The translations under genes and the position numbers were made by a program. Shown piece after piece: positions 37,240 to 47,229 of a stretch of DNA of 64,000 nt. Location: assembly GCA_018659375.1 (NCBI GenBank), contig JABJMO010000063.1, forward strand, positions 1,782 to 65,781, written 5' to 3'. The DNA is from Methanobacteriota archaeon. Its GTDB lineage: Archaea; Thermoplasmatota; Poseidoniia; Poseidoniales; Poseidoniaceae. The first letter of the stretch is position 1. The number at the start of each line of letters is the position of its first letter. The notes beneath the pieces were generated by a model that saw nothing but the letters and a program-made list of their open reading frames with translations, did not search any database and had not been told where the DNA came from.

Positions 37240-38292
37240 ATGGAGGACTTCCGCCGAGGGACATACATGGCGCAGAAATCTGGTAACCCTTGGGCTTTGC
37301 GTATTGCCATAATCGGGTTAGTGTTTATTTTACTTGGTTCTATTGCGATTTTTTCTAATGTTGACAAAATAGATGAGGCTGCTAGTCCCAAAAAAATCAA
37401 TGAAGCATCACTCACCGGTGATGGCAGTGTCACGGTTGAATTATCCAAAAGCTGCTATTCTGCAATCACTATAGATGATGAGGTTAGTAATGTTAGTTTG
37501 TTTAAAATGGCCGGCTCTAATGTCCAAGATGACCCAATAGAGACCAGTAATTGTAAAACAGATTGGACCCCGATGGATTCTGATGGCAGTAAATTTGTGA
37601 TTTTAGAGGATTGGGACATCGATAACAGTGGAGAATATGTTCTCCAAGTAGTATGCGAAAATGGATGTGAAAATTCAACCGTTTGGTTAGTTGACGCAAC
37701 CAGCGCTCAGTGGAAATTACTCGAGCAGCCAGCACTCGTATTTGGTGGAGCAACATGTTGTCTTGGAATTATAATTCTACCAATCGCGTTTATCCTTTAC
37801 CAAACTAACAAGAATGGGAAGGGACCGAAAATGATGATGGTTGGAGCGAACGGTCAAATGATGCCAATTACTGATTTGACTCCTGAAAACATCGCAAAAC
37901 TGCAGCATCAGGCGGTTGTAGAAAAGGTGGACAACCCCTTTGCAGATACTGGCTTAACAGAATCTAGCGACTTTGTCGACGGCAGTGAAGATGTTCAAAA
38001 TGGTACACTATTGACTACAGAACAGGTATTTGCTCTAATGAAGGGTGATGTTGATGAAGCACAAAGCAGAGTCAGTGATCCTTTCGCCGATTATAATCGC
38101 GTGCGCACAGAACAGCCGGTCAAGAAAGTCACCAACACAAAGGAAATCGCTTCATGGGATGAAGGTGATAATCTATTCACTAAACAGGAAGTTGAAAGTA
38201 AGACAAAAACCGTTCCAGATAAGGTCGCTAAGACTACTGAGAATAAGCCTTTAGCAAAACCTAACGCATGGAAAGATTGGGACGAAAATTAG
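37240..38292 (+). CDS. Dual-TM membrane protein with Cys-containing ectodomain and acidic cytoplasmic tail
   Basis: TM1 is ALRIAIIGLVFILLGSIAIF. The ectodomain has paired Cys residues, including VVCENGCENS. TM2 is FGGATCCLGIIILPIAFILYQT, followed by a tail of about 160 aa. It lies 15 nt after top6A. Confidence 0.5.
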   Translation: MEDFRRGTYMAQKSGNPWALRIAIIGLVFILLGSIAIFSNVDKIDEAASPKKINEASLTGDGSVTVELSKSCYSAITIDDEVSNVSLFKMAGSNVQDDPIETSNCKTDWTPMDSDGSKFVILEDWDIDNSGEYVLQVVCENGCENSTVWLVDATSAQWKLLEQPALVFGGATCCLGIIILPIAFILYQTNKNGKGPKMMMVGANGQMMPITDLTPENIAKLQHQAVVEKVDNPFADTGLTESSDFVDGSEDVQNGTLLTTEQVFALMKGDVDEAQSRVSDPFADYNRVRTEQPVKKVTNTKEIASWDEGDNLFTKQEVESKTKTVPDKVAKTTENKPLAKPNAWKDWDEN

Positions 38293-38876
38293 GTGATTAC
38301 GTGAATAAGTACATCTCGATTAGCATCACTATTATTGGTTTATTGATGCTGATAATATCATCATTAGCGGTAACCAATAATTTGAACGACTCCGAATCTG
38401 TAGATGCCATGCTACCACCTTGCACTGTAGAGCAAGGTTTGCCGGTTGTTGGGCAGGATGAAGTGACTTGTTATTGGGGGATGTCTGGGGAAATGTTAGA
38501 AATTCCAAGTGAGGCTATAGCAGCTGATGTTGACGTACAAATCTCTTGGCAGAAATCAGGGGTATGGATTGGTATTGCTGAGGCTTCAGAAGCAGAAAAA
38601 TGTGAATTAAAAACAGACTACTATGAGTGTGAAAAAGATTCTGTCGCTCTAATAGCAGGTGGGCCTACGTCTAACGGTGAAATCGTATGGAGTCCTAGCC
38701 CAGGCGAATATCGATTTGTTGCTGGAGGCGATGATACCCAAACATTACAACAATTTTCTGTAGATTGGGAATATGAGGCTTCATTAAAGTCTGGATTGGC
38801 AATAACAATGATGGTTATTGGTGGAGTTCTATTGATTACCGGTGCTTTTTTGCTTTACCAAAACCGGAATAACTGA
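38268..38876 (+). CDS. Dual-TM membrane protein, same architecture as the preceding ORF
   Basis: TM1 is ISISITIIGLLMLIISSLAV. The ectodomain is Cys-containing (PPCTVEQG, VTCYWG, EKCELKTDYYECEKD). TM2 is LAITMMVIGGVLLITGAFLLYQN. The start is ambiguous (ATG 38268 or GTG 38301). Confidence 0.5.
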   Translation: MERLGRKLGDYVNKYISISITIIGLLMLIISSLAVTNNLNDSESVDAMLPPCTVEQGLPVVGQDEVTCYWGMSGEMLEIPSEAIAADVDVQISWQKSGVWIGIAEASEAEKCELKTDYYECEKDSVALIAGGPTSNGEIVWSPSPGEYRFVAGGDDTQTLQQFSVDWEYEASLKSGLAITMMVIGGVLLITGAFLLYQNRNN

Positions 38877-38918
38877 TTTGAAAAGGTTCTTCAATTAGGT
38901 AACCTTAGGTTTAGCAAT

Positions 38919-39671
38919 ATGGCAGACCTTGACCTCGCACTATCCCTTTTGCAGAACAAAGTTCGCAGACAAATATTAGAGAGATTGGTCAGAGAACCTC
39001 ACTACCCAATGCAGTTGGCTGAATTGATTGGAGTGAGTCAACAAGCAGTAAAGAAACATTTGAAGGAATTAGAAAAAGGTAATTTTGTGACTAAAATGAA
39101 AGTTCCAAGCGAAAAGGGTGGACCACCAAGAACAATTTATACCGTTCAAGAAGCTATTTCAATTAGAATTGATTTGGGCCCTGATTTATTTAATTGTGAA
39201 CAACGAAAACTACCGGCCGGTGGACCTATGCGTTTATCAAGGAAATTACCTGAATCTACCCATGCTGTTGCCGAGGTAGTCAGTGGAAGGAAACGTATCT
39301 CAGTAAGTGAAGGTGTGGCACATTTAGCCGAACTCAATCAGGTAATTGAGCAATTAGATGGTCAAAGAGATGCACTGATTTCATTGCATCAACATATTAG
39401 AAACCGCATCTCTCAAGGAGTCGACAGTGATTTTGAGCAGTACGAAGAGCGCGCAATGATTCATTCGATTATCGAAGCGCCTGAAAAACGGCTCGATCTA
39501 AACTTGTTAAGCAAAGAATTACAATTGGGGCAACGGCAAGTTTCGGAATTACTAGAAGAAGTCAGAGCAAAGCTTCAGCGCCAAATTTCGGAAAAGGCTG
39601 GCCACGTGATAGTTACGCCTGAAAACTCCGACCTGTATTGGTGGTTGGGCGATTACAAAAAGTCTAACTGA
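38919..39671 (+). CDS. ArsR-family wHTH transcription regulator with helical C-terminal domain
   Basis: The N-terminal wHTH is LQNKVRRQILERLVREPHYPMQLAELIGVSQQAVKKHLKELEKGNFV. The C-terminal half is helical and coiled-coil-like. Confidence 0.7.
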   Translation: MADLDLALSLLQNKVRRQILERLVREPHYPMQLAELIGVSQQAVKKHLKELEKGNFVTKMKVPSEKGGPPRTIYTVQEAISIRIDLGPDLFNCEQRKLPAGGPMRLSRKLPESTHAVAEVVSGRKRISVSEGVAHLAELNQVIEQLDGQRDALISLHQHIRNRISQGVDSDFEQYEERAMIHSIIEAPEKRLDLNLLSKELQLGQRQVSELLEEVRAKLQRQISEKAGHVIVTPENSDLYWWLGDYKKSN

Positions 39672-39672
39672 G

Positions 39673-42600
39673 TTAATCTTCGGATTCAAGTACTGAAACT
39701 AATGAAGATTGTTCAGCAATCCTCAATTTTGCTTCTTCTCTACGAGCCTTACCAACAAAGTAAACTACTCCCAGTAAAGATAGAGTTAGCATAATTACGA
39801 CAAATGGTAATGCTGTTTTGCCAATGACTTGGGATGCAACATCTAAGAATGGGCTAGGTGATTCCAATGGCTCAGAAACCGCTTTAACGTTATTCTTTTC
39901 ACTACCTTCAACAATCTGATTCATTGGGTCGACTACTACATAGATACCCTTACTTCCAGCAACTACTGGATATAGTAGATAGATTTCAATTTCTTTAACT
40001 TCCTCCGAGGCATCGGGGGCAAGTAGAGCACCAACAACTTGTCGCATAACAATACTGTCTTCTGCACAGCCATTATCTTGTATCTCATTGATGATCGATT
40101 GGCTATCAACATCATCATATTGACACAATACTATCTCGATATCGACTGCATGGGTATTACCCTTATTTTGTAGCACAATACCAATAGGAATAGTCGAATC
40201 TATTTCTGCACTATAATCGGATATGATTAATTCACTGATTACCAGATCTGGAGCTTTTAGACTCAACGTAACTACGAATTCATTACTGTCTAGGTTTTCT
40301 CCCTGCCAAGATGGGGAGGAATCGAAATCTCCTCCTTCAGTCATGTCTCCTGCCTTTGATACAACTTTCAATCCAACAACTCTAGTGTCTAATTTAGCCG
40401 TGGTTGATATTTTAACCACTGCAACCATTTCGATTGTTTGATATGGGGCCATTTTAGGCATCATGTAAACGAAACTATCGCCAGATGAGATTACTACACA
40501 GCGAGTTGAATCCTGTTCTTCCTCAAGAGCTCTGTAGAAGTTATCAATTTCTAACTGGCTAGCATCTGCTGCAGGCATTGGCGCATAAAACTCGATACAG
40601 GGTTCGTCTACTTCCAAATCATTGCTTATCTTCTTGATAGTTCGCCATTCGACAGACCAACCACTCAAAGCACCCATTCCGGGAAGTTCTGACCAAATTA
40701 AGGCGTTTCCTTCCTGTTGTGCAGTGTGATTATTCAAGGTCGGCCAATCTTCTACGTTACCGTTGTTGGTAATATTTACCGAGAAACTGACTATCTTGCC
40801 TGGTGCTGAAACTTTTACCGGGTTGTCAACTGATGGATCCATGTAAATTTCCATGTCATAAAATTCATTGACATAGACATAAAGGAAGTCTGAGTCCCTT
40901 TCTCTAGTCAATCTATTATCCTCGTTTGGATATGCTTCTTCGGATAGCGTTTGGAATTCTACAACGTACAGTCCTGCTGCAATATCAAATTCTGGAACAT
41001 TCATCAACACATCGAAGGTTTGGTCTGAATCTCTATCCAATTCCTCAAGACTTTCACGAGGAATAACGATATCCCAATGTCCAGTTCTAACAGGCACTCC
41101 TGTCGGGTCTGTCACTGTAGTTAGTCTGAAATCAAATCTATCAGGCCCGTTACCATTATTGATGGTAGTGGTTGGTAGAACTATATTCTCCCCAGGGTTG
41201 ACTGCTATTGCAGAAACAGGATTGCCGAATGAATCGGTAACTGTTACCAACCTATCTGGTTCTCGCTCGATATCGGTTTCAAGGCTATATTCATGAATTA
41301 CATTGATACTATACCTTGCTGAATCTGAGACTTTTTGGTATCCTTCTAAATTGGCCTGTAAGGTGACACTCTTAGAGCCGATGCTGGCATCTTCTGGAAC
41401 ACAAAGAGTAATTCTAACCATGTAGGTCTTGAATGTAGTACCTGGATCTAATTTCCACTCGATTGGAGTGCCAAGAGTTGCATCGCTTCCGCCAAGAGTT
41501 TGAGAGAAATCAACATCCACGACCCAGTTTGATTGTGCCCAAGTTGCCGCATCGATGTCATCTGGCTTTTCATCTGGAGCGCCCGGGGTGCTAAAGATTA
41601 GATTTCCAGACTCAAAGTTCTTGGTAACATCTTGTTCAAAGGTGTGACACTGTCCCGCCATTACCTCTTTTTCACTGTCCTCTGGAAGTAATTCTTCGAA
41701 GACAATGTTTCCTTCGGATTGTATGGATACGAAGATGCCTAGTTCAAGAATATCATAAGTTCCCTTGTCTACTGATTTAATGGGTTCGCCTTCTGACCAA
41801 CCCTTCAAGTAGATTACAAATGCACCCGGATCTTCTGTTGATGGGACCTTTACAGTGAGTATTTTGGTAGTTGATTTACCAGGATCAAGTTCAACACGTA
41901 GTGGGAAGGTGATCTCCCAGCCAAATGGTAGTAGCCATTCTTGTTGACCTTCCAGGGTATTTGGGTCCCAGAAAAGGAAACTGTCCTGAACGTTCCCCGT
42001 ATTAGTTATCGTAATCGAGAAGGTTGCTTGGCTTCCTTGTTCGATATCTTGTACACTTAGTGATGTATCTAGGCTTATTCCATGAACAACATCCACCAAG
42101 GTCAAAGTAGTCAAATCTGATCTTATAGCTGGATCTTTGTAGGACTTTGCAGTAACTACTATTTGCGCCAACTCATCTTCATTCGCTTGATAAATGGTTG
42201 GTGCTTGCACTCTTAGATAGAAATTAATGAATTCTCCACCTTTCAGATAAATTGGCGTAGTTGGAGTAATTTGGGTTTGATTGTTAGCAAAGAATAGTTG
42301 CACGGTCCAATTTGTTGGCACTCCTGAAACATTTATTCCATAAGTATCTGCAACTAAATCAATATCTCCAGGAGTTGAATTGTTCATTGTCATGTTGTAA
42401 AGTGTTTGTTCTCCTGGTTCAATAACATGGTAAAACGTTTCACCAAGAGCCAATTCTACATCCACTTGCCCGGTTAGAACATGTGAGTAGCAGATGGTAA
42501 ATGCACCATTTTGCTCATCATTACATTTGTTTCTATCCGACCAGCCAACGTGAGCCCCGCTGCCTAAATCATTGGCAAATGCAGGAGGTATTCCGATCTC

Positions 42601-44817
42601 TGGTCTACCTCCTGTATCCGTGCCTAACTTATTGCTAGCCCATGAGGTAATTGAGACAATATCCCATGGGTCAAGAGCAAACTCTCCCAGTCCAGTAAGG
42701 TCTGTCTGATTCAATCTAGTATACTGTACCTCTTCCCCGGCAGTAACATTCCCAGAATCTACCCATGCAAGATGAACATTGTTCTGATCGTCTGTTAGCA
42801 AGGACGGATATATCGAATGTCCAGACCACGGACGATTAGCCGCCAAACCGGATAAACCTTCAACATTCGAGATAGGAGTGTCTTCTATTTTCTTTATTGC
42901 ATAAGTAGAGAGACCTTCTTCAGCACCGTCAAATGCTCCAGCACCCTGTAATCGAAGTTTTGTGTAATATACCTCATAATTGGCAGACTTTTCAAAACCA
43001 TAATCTCTTCCATCCATCCAAGCAATGTGTGTGTTACCTTGCATATCAACACCAATTGAGGGATGGAAAGAGTATGCATCATCAATAGTGACTCGTGTGT
43101 CATTAACTACTACAAGATGGCCTTCTTCCGCTGAACCAGTATCTTCGATATAATTACCATTGACAACGCTGTGACCAGTTGCTCCTGGAGTCCAAGTTAT
43201 GTCGTTTTCCATCTTAGCGTAAGGGTCTAATACGGTCATGTAGATTTCTCTAGAATTATTTGTTGCAACGAAAACCATTGCTTCTACTAGTTGGGCCATA
43301 TTGTTAGAGCCTCCTGAAGGGAACTCATACGCCTGTCCTCCAGCATTTACCGTACTAGGATTGTTTGACGGGTCTGAGCCAGGGCAATTTCTCGCTTGAG
43401 TTGATACGACACCGTTTGGACATTTTGCTAAATCTAGGAAGTGAGACTGTACCGCGGCATTGCCACTACCGTAGCCTTGACCATAAAGACCAATTGGGAT
43501 CACTCCAGCCTTGACGCAATTATCGTGAGCTTCATCTATTGAATTAATATCATCTGCTTGTTGAGCAGGGTCGCCATCTTTAGGTCCTTCATCTGAAACA
43601 GGTAATACGAGCTTTGTTGCATTTGGATTCCATTTATGATCTGCCGATGTTGGGGGATCTCCCGGTACGTTCCCGCCGGCATCTTTCCAAGATAGGCAAG
43701 CCCAGTTTGTTCCCGGACCCCAGTCTTCTCCTGAGCTGCCAGAATATGGATTGCCGTTGTAGATGGTATTGCCTAGGGACCTTATTCCGCCAGAATCATC
43801 GCCATCGCCAAGAGCCGTTGACCTTGGCCCGGCATTTTGATTGAATCCCGCGCAGTCTCCGCTGTCAGCAGCACTTGGAAGACCAAAACCGCCATCTAGG
43901 CCGTAAATTGTTTCATAGACGGTCATATTGGCAACTTCGAGTAATGGTTTTATGCCCTCAAATGAAGAGCCATCGGAAAAAGTCCCGCCGTAAATTACCG
44001 TGCATACATCTGCCCATTCCGAATACATAGAACCGGAGGTGTCAATCACGAAAACCAATTCTACTTTACCGCCTCGTGTGTCGTCCCAAACGATTTGCAC
44101 TTGGTCGTTAGCATCAACAACAATGTCTGGATGTCCTTTGTGCCCAATGATTGGCGTAATCAATGTATCATCAAACAATACGATGATGTTGTTAGTGACA
44201 AAATCAGGCTGAATCATGCTGTAGTAGATTTGTGGTTGATTAAAATATTTTTCATCTACCGCGTATTCATCTTGCCATGCGATGTGAATATTGCCCTGGG
44301 AGTCAACGTCAATAGATGCCCAATCTCGATCTTGCGCTCTTTGAGAAATTACGGTATCATCAATACCTGTTATTGAATTATCAGTGGAAGATTGTCCGTT
44401 GAACGGCTGAATTTTGTATGGGCTAAGAGCAGTATACATGATTTTGTGAGTGCCTGATTTGTCGGTCCATACAATGTGTATATTGTCATCTTCATCGGCT
44501 ACCACATCGGGGTGCCAAACTTTGTGGATTCCTGCATTGGTAATCTGAGTTGCGTCAATCAGTGTTTCTCCGTTACTAGCAACCATCGAATAGTAGAGGT
44601 GCAGGTTATTCCTTGCCCATATAATGTGAACATTGCCTTGACTATCTCCGACTATGGCTGTTTGCGTATCAGATGCGGAACCACCATCAACAATTTGCTG
44701 AGGTTCAGTAATTACCACCGTGTTGGCTTCAGCAAAATCGCTCGCTACTACCATTCCTGAAAGGGCCGAAAGTAGCATAATTGTTACTAGACTGATTGAT
44801 TTGAATGTTTGACTCAT
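39673..44817 (-). CDS. Giant (1714 aa) surface protein: signal peptide, propeller-like repeats interrupted by a vWA domain, Ig/CARDB-like domains, C-terminal TM anchor
   Basis: Signal peptide MSQTFKSISLVTIMLLSALSGMVVASD. The vWA MIDAS motif is VELVFVIDTSGSMYSEW (nt 44041-44064 encode VELVFVID), with LVLPVSDEGP further on. Blade-like repeats follow the NIHI(A/V)W...YY(S/T) pattern. A CARDB-like segment is DLVISELIISDYSAEIDSTIPIGIVLQNKGNT. The TM helix is LPFVVIMLTLSLLGVVYFVG. Confidence 0.8.
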   Translation of the reverse strand: MSQTFKSISLVTIMLLSALSGMVVASDFAEANTVVITEPQQIVDGGSASDTQTAIVGDSQGNVHIIWARNNLHLYYSMVASNGETLIDATQITNAGIHKVWHPDVVADEDDNIHIVWTDKSGTHKIMYTALSPYKIQPFNGQSSTDNSITGIDDTVISQRAQDRDWASIDVDSQGNIHIAWQDEYAVDEKYFNQPQIYYSMIQPDFVTNNIIVLFDDTLITPIIGHKGHPDIVVDANDQVQIVWDDTRGGKVELVFVIDTSGSMYSEWADVCTVIYGGTFSDGSSFEGIKPLLEVANMTVYETIYGLDGGFGLPSAADSGDCAGFNQNAGPRSTALGDGDDSGGIRSLGNTIYNGNPYSGSSGEDWGPGTNWACLSWKDAGGNVPGDPPTSADHKWNPNATKLVLPVSDEGPKDGDPAQQADDINSIDEAHDNCVKAGVIPIGLYGQGYGSGNAAVQSHFLDLAKCPNGVVSTQARNCPGSDPSNNPSTVNAGGQAYEFPSGGSNNMAQLVEAMVFVATNNSREIYMTVLDPYAKMENDITWTPGATGHSVVNGNYIEDTGSAEEGHLVVVNDTRVTIDDAYSFHPSIGVDMQGNTHIAWMDGRDYGFEKSANYEVYYTKLRLQGAGAFDGAEEGLSTYAIKKIEDTPISNVEGLSGLAANRPWSGHSIYPSLLTDDQNNVHLAWVDSGNVTAGEEVQYTRLNQTDLTGLGEFALDPWDIVSITSWASNKLGTDTGGRPEIGIPPAFANDLGSGAHVGWSDRNKCNDEQNGAFTICYSHVLTGQVDVELALGETFYHVIEPGEQTLYNMTMNNSTPGDIDLVADTYGINVSGVPTNWTVQLFFANNQTQITPTTPIYLKGGEFINFYLRVQAPTIYQANEDELAQIVVTAKSYKDPAIRSDLTTLTLVDVVHGISLDTSLSVQDIEQGSQATFSITITNTGNVQDSFLFWDPNTLEGQQEWLLPFGWEITFPLRVELDPGKSTTKILTVKVPSTEDPGAFVIYLKGWSEGEPIKSVDKGTYDILELGIFVSIQSEGNIVFEELLPEDSEKEVMAGQCHTFEQDVTKNFESGNLIFSTPGAPDEKPDDIDAATWAQSNWVVDVDFSQTLGGSDATLGTPIEWKLDPGTTFKTYMVRITLCVPEDASIGSKSVTLQANLEGYQKVSDSARYSINVIHEYSLETDIEREPDRLVTVTDSFGNPVSAIAVNPGENIVLPTTTINNGNGPDRFDFRLTTVTDPTGVPVRTGHWDIVIPRESLEELDRDSDQTFDVLMNVPEFDIAAGLYVVEFQTLSEEAYPNEDNRLTRERDSDFLYVYVNEFYDMEIYMDPSVDNPVKVSAPGKIVSFSVNITNNGNVEDWPTLNNHTAQQEGNALIWSELPGMGALSGWSVEWRTIKKISNDLEVDEPCIEFYAPMPAADASQLEIDNFYRALEEEQDSTRCVVISSGDSFVYMMPKMAPYQTIEMVAVVKISTTAKLDTRVVGLKVVSKAGDMTEGGDFDSSPSWQGENLDSNEFVVTLSLKAPDLVISELIISDYSAEIDSTIPIGIVLQNKGNTHAVDIEIVLCQYDDVDSQSIINEIQDNGCAEDSIVMRQVVGALLAPDASEEVKEIEIYLLYPVVAGSKGIYVVVDPMNQIVEGSEKNNVKAVSEPLESPSPFLDVASQVIGKTALPFVVIMLTLSLLGVVYFVGKARREEAKLRIAEQSSLVSVLESED

Positions 44818-44903
44818 GGATAACCCTCGCTTATAGCGTATTTATCCATGTCCTCTTCATACTTAACTGCGACCCATTCAGGTCAGTTTTGAGGGACTCT
44901 AAA

Positions 44904-45551
44904 TTAAGCCCATTCTGATGGGTCAAAACTAGTGCCAAAGGACATTTTTTCATCAAATTCAATTTCAGGACTTTCTGCTTCGGTTTGAGTAATGTCGATG
45001 TTGTTTAATCGTTCTTTTTGTGCTGCCTCGCGATTTTCCCAATCATCAACAGGGCCGGGTTTGCCAACCCCTGGGCCGTATGAATATTTTATTTCATGAA
45101 TTATTCCTAGTTTGGCTAGCCAAAGACGCCTTAATGAGTGCATAAATTCATGCTTTGTTATTCCATCAAACCATATTGGCAAACTAACATTGAATGCTTG
45201 AAGAGGTCCTGGTTTCTTATTGGCGTCATGCCCCATGTGAATTCCCCAGTCTACCGAGGAGCTGATTAACTGAAGGCGGGCTTCGTGAATCCATTCAGAC
45301 CAGCCATCGTTATCATCTTTCATGTGGTTTTTCATCTCCTCTTGCTGGCCTTTATCTACTCTAGTCATACTAGAAATAGCAATCAAGTCGCGGTTTTTTG
45401 GAATAACTACTGCAAACATATGTCCTTGCTTTCCTTGTGGATATTTTATCAAAATATGAGCGTGCGCTCGCCCATCAGGTTGTTCTTTGACAAAGAGCCT
45501 CTCCTCACCTAACCACTTCCTTACCATGGACACTATCTCGGTTGGAGTCAC
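44904..45551 (-). CDS. Hypothetical protein (possibly DUF2299/YbjN-like)
   Basis: 215 aa. The N-terminus IVSMVRKWLGEERLFVKEQPDGRAHAHILIKYPQGK..MFAVVIPKNRDLIAISSMTRVD resembles archaeal DUF2299-type proteins from memory only. The start is ambiguous (GTG 45551 or ATG 45527). Confidence 0.4.
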   Translation of the reverse strand: MTPTEIVSMVRKWLGEERLFVKEQPDGRAHAHILIKYPQGKQGHMFAVVIPKNRDLIAISSMTRVDKGQQEEMKNHMKDDNDGWSEWIHEARLQLISSSVDWGIHMGHDANKKPGPLQAFNVSLPIWFDGITKHEFMHSLRRLWLAKLGIIHEIKYSYGPGVGKPGPVDDWENREAAQKERLNNIDITQTEAESPEIEFDEKMSFGTSFDPSEWA

Positions 45552-45594
45552 ATCTCAAGCGAGAAACTCATCTCGTTTCAATTATGCCCATGAT

Positions 45595-47229
45595 TCAATC
45601 GAAATCTGCTAGTTCAACTTTTATTTTACCTAACAGAGAAACAAGTTCTTGTTTATCGGAGTTGGAGAATCTAACCCTACGATAAGAGCCCCTGAGATCA
45701 ACATAATCGTCCCAAACCAAAGAAAATAATCTTCCAGTTAGTAAAGAGACAGGGAACATCAACAACCACAGAATTCCAATTGCAGACCATACTGCAATAT
45801 TTCCTTGGCCAAGAGCCGTGGTCCAGTCAAATCCAACCATGGTGTCAATCTCACCCGATTGCCAAAACAGTAAGGCGACCATAATGGTCGATGAAATTGG
45901 CCAAATCGTAATTGAGCCAAACATAGCCGCTAAGAATTGATATGATGTTCTAGCATCGATTCCCTCATCAGTCGAATCTCCCAGAATTCTACCGAGGGCA
46001 ATTTGCGGCAGCAAAGACAGTAGAAACACCGGAGAAAGAAGGACAAATAATGCAATTCTAGAAATGGCTAACGGAGTTTTGATTAATTTCGCCCTTCGCA
46101 AACCGGATGATTGGTCGTTCAAGTCCCTCCCATCTAGGCCATTATTATGTAAAATATCAGCTGCTTGTTCGGCTTTTTCTACTAATGGATGGGTAATCTT
46201 AGGCGGTTGTAAGTTGTCAGCCTCTAATGACCGGTTTTCGTCGGAAAAATGCTTCCTAAAGTGGCGTGCTAACTTTACTTCATGGCTCCAAGAGTTAGGA
46301 GCGTTGCCATCAAGCCTTCCCTTTATATGACCGAGAAGTTGTAACCCGCGATACTCTTCCCATGAATTAACATCCGGGCTAAGCGGTACTAATTTATCCC
46401 TTAGATTATCACGAAGACGAAATACTGATTCTGCTGGTGGTTCTGACCAAGTGCCACCTCTAACTGCTTCTATCAAATTGTCCGGAATATCTTCGCTGTC
46501 AACCTGAATTGGCTTGCCGTACTCGACCCATACGTCTGTTCTGAAGTGTTCTTTTTGCCTAAAATGAAGGCCTAATGGAATCAATACTGGCAATGGTTTG
46601 TCCGAAGTTGCAGCCAGAGCCCCAGCGGCCAAAACTGTCCTCATCGGCCCAGTGCGAAATCTAAGCATGTAGGAATTGTTGTGGCTCGTTCCCTCAGGGA
46701 ATAATACGCACCCATAGCCATTAGCAATTCCCGAGGCTAGAGTCATCAATGAACGTCCGTTGAGGAAATTTGCCTCTTCCTCTGTACAACCACCTCGAAG
46801 TAATTCCGCTTTCCTAACTACTGGTTGTACCGCCATTCTCCTAGTCCACCAGCCAAGCATTGGCCGAGTTACTAAGTCATGACGAGCCCCTAACACAAAA
46901 TATCTAGGGTGATTAAGTGTTATTTGTAAGGCGTCAAGCACTCCGTTGGTGTGCCAAGCACAACACAGCGAACCTCTGTCTGTTGGAATATTTTCAATGC
47001 CTGACGCTTCAAGTGAACGAAATTGTACATTACTTATTCTATTACAAATCCAATAAATTAGTTTAGTCCAAAAATAAGAACCCGGCGTTTCCCCTTCAAA
47101 AGATGGCATTGGAGTAGTCAATAATTTATCCATCTTCATATTTTTAGCTGATTTTGATAGATAAGGTAAGGCATCACCACGTTGGTCTAATACTCCATCG
47201 TTCATATCTTCTGGATCTGGATGCTTCAT
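45595..47229 (-). CDS. Membrane-bound glycerolipid acyltransferase (PlsC/LPLAT superfamily)
   Basis: Motif I is CCAWHTNGVLDAL, the H-x5-D variant seen in some LPLAT subfamilies. Motif III is VLFPEGTSHN. The C-terminal third has three or more TM helices. The ATG overlaps the stop of the upstream HIT gene. Confidence 0.75.
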   Translation of the reverse strand: MKHPDPEDMNDGVLDQRGDALPYLSKSAKNMKMDKLLTTPMPSFEGETPGSYFWTKLIYWICNRISNVQFRSLEASGIENIPTDRGSLCCAWHTNGVLDALQITLNHPRYFVLGARHDLVTRPMLGWWTRRMAVQPVVRKAELLRGGCTEEEANFLNGRSLMTLASGIANGYGCVLFPEGTSHNNSYMLRFRTGPMRTVLAAGALAATSDKPLPVLIPLGLHFRQKEHFRTDVWVEYGKPIQVDSEDIPDNLIEAVRGGTWSEPPAESVFRLRDNLRDKLVPLSPDVNSWEEYRGLQLLGHIKGRLDGNAPNSWSHEVKLARHFRKHFSDENRSLEADNLQPPKITHPLVEKAEQAADILHNNGLDGRDLNDQSSGLRRAKLIKTPLAISRIALFVLLSPVFLLSLLPQIALGRILGDSTDEGIDARTSYQFLAAMFGSITIWPISSTIMVALLFWQSGEIDTMVGFDWTTALGQGNIAVWSAIGILWLLMFPVSLLTGRLFSLVWDDYVDLRGSYRRVRFSNSDKQELVSLLGKIKVELADFD

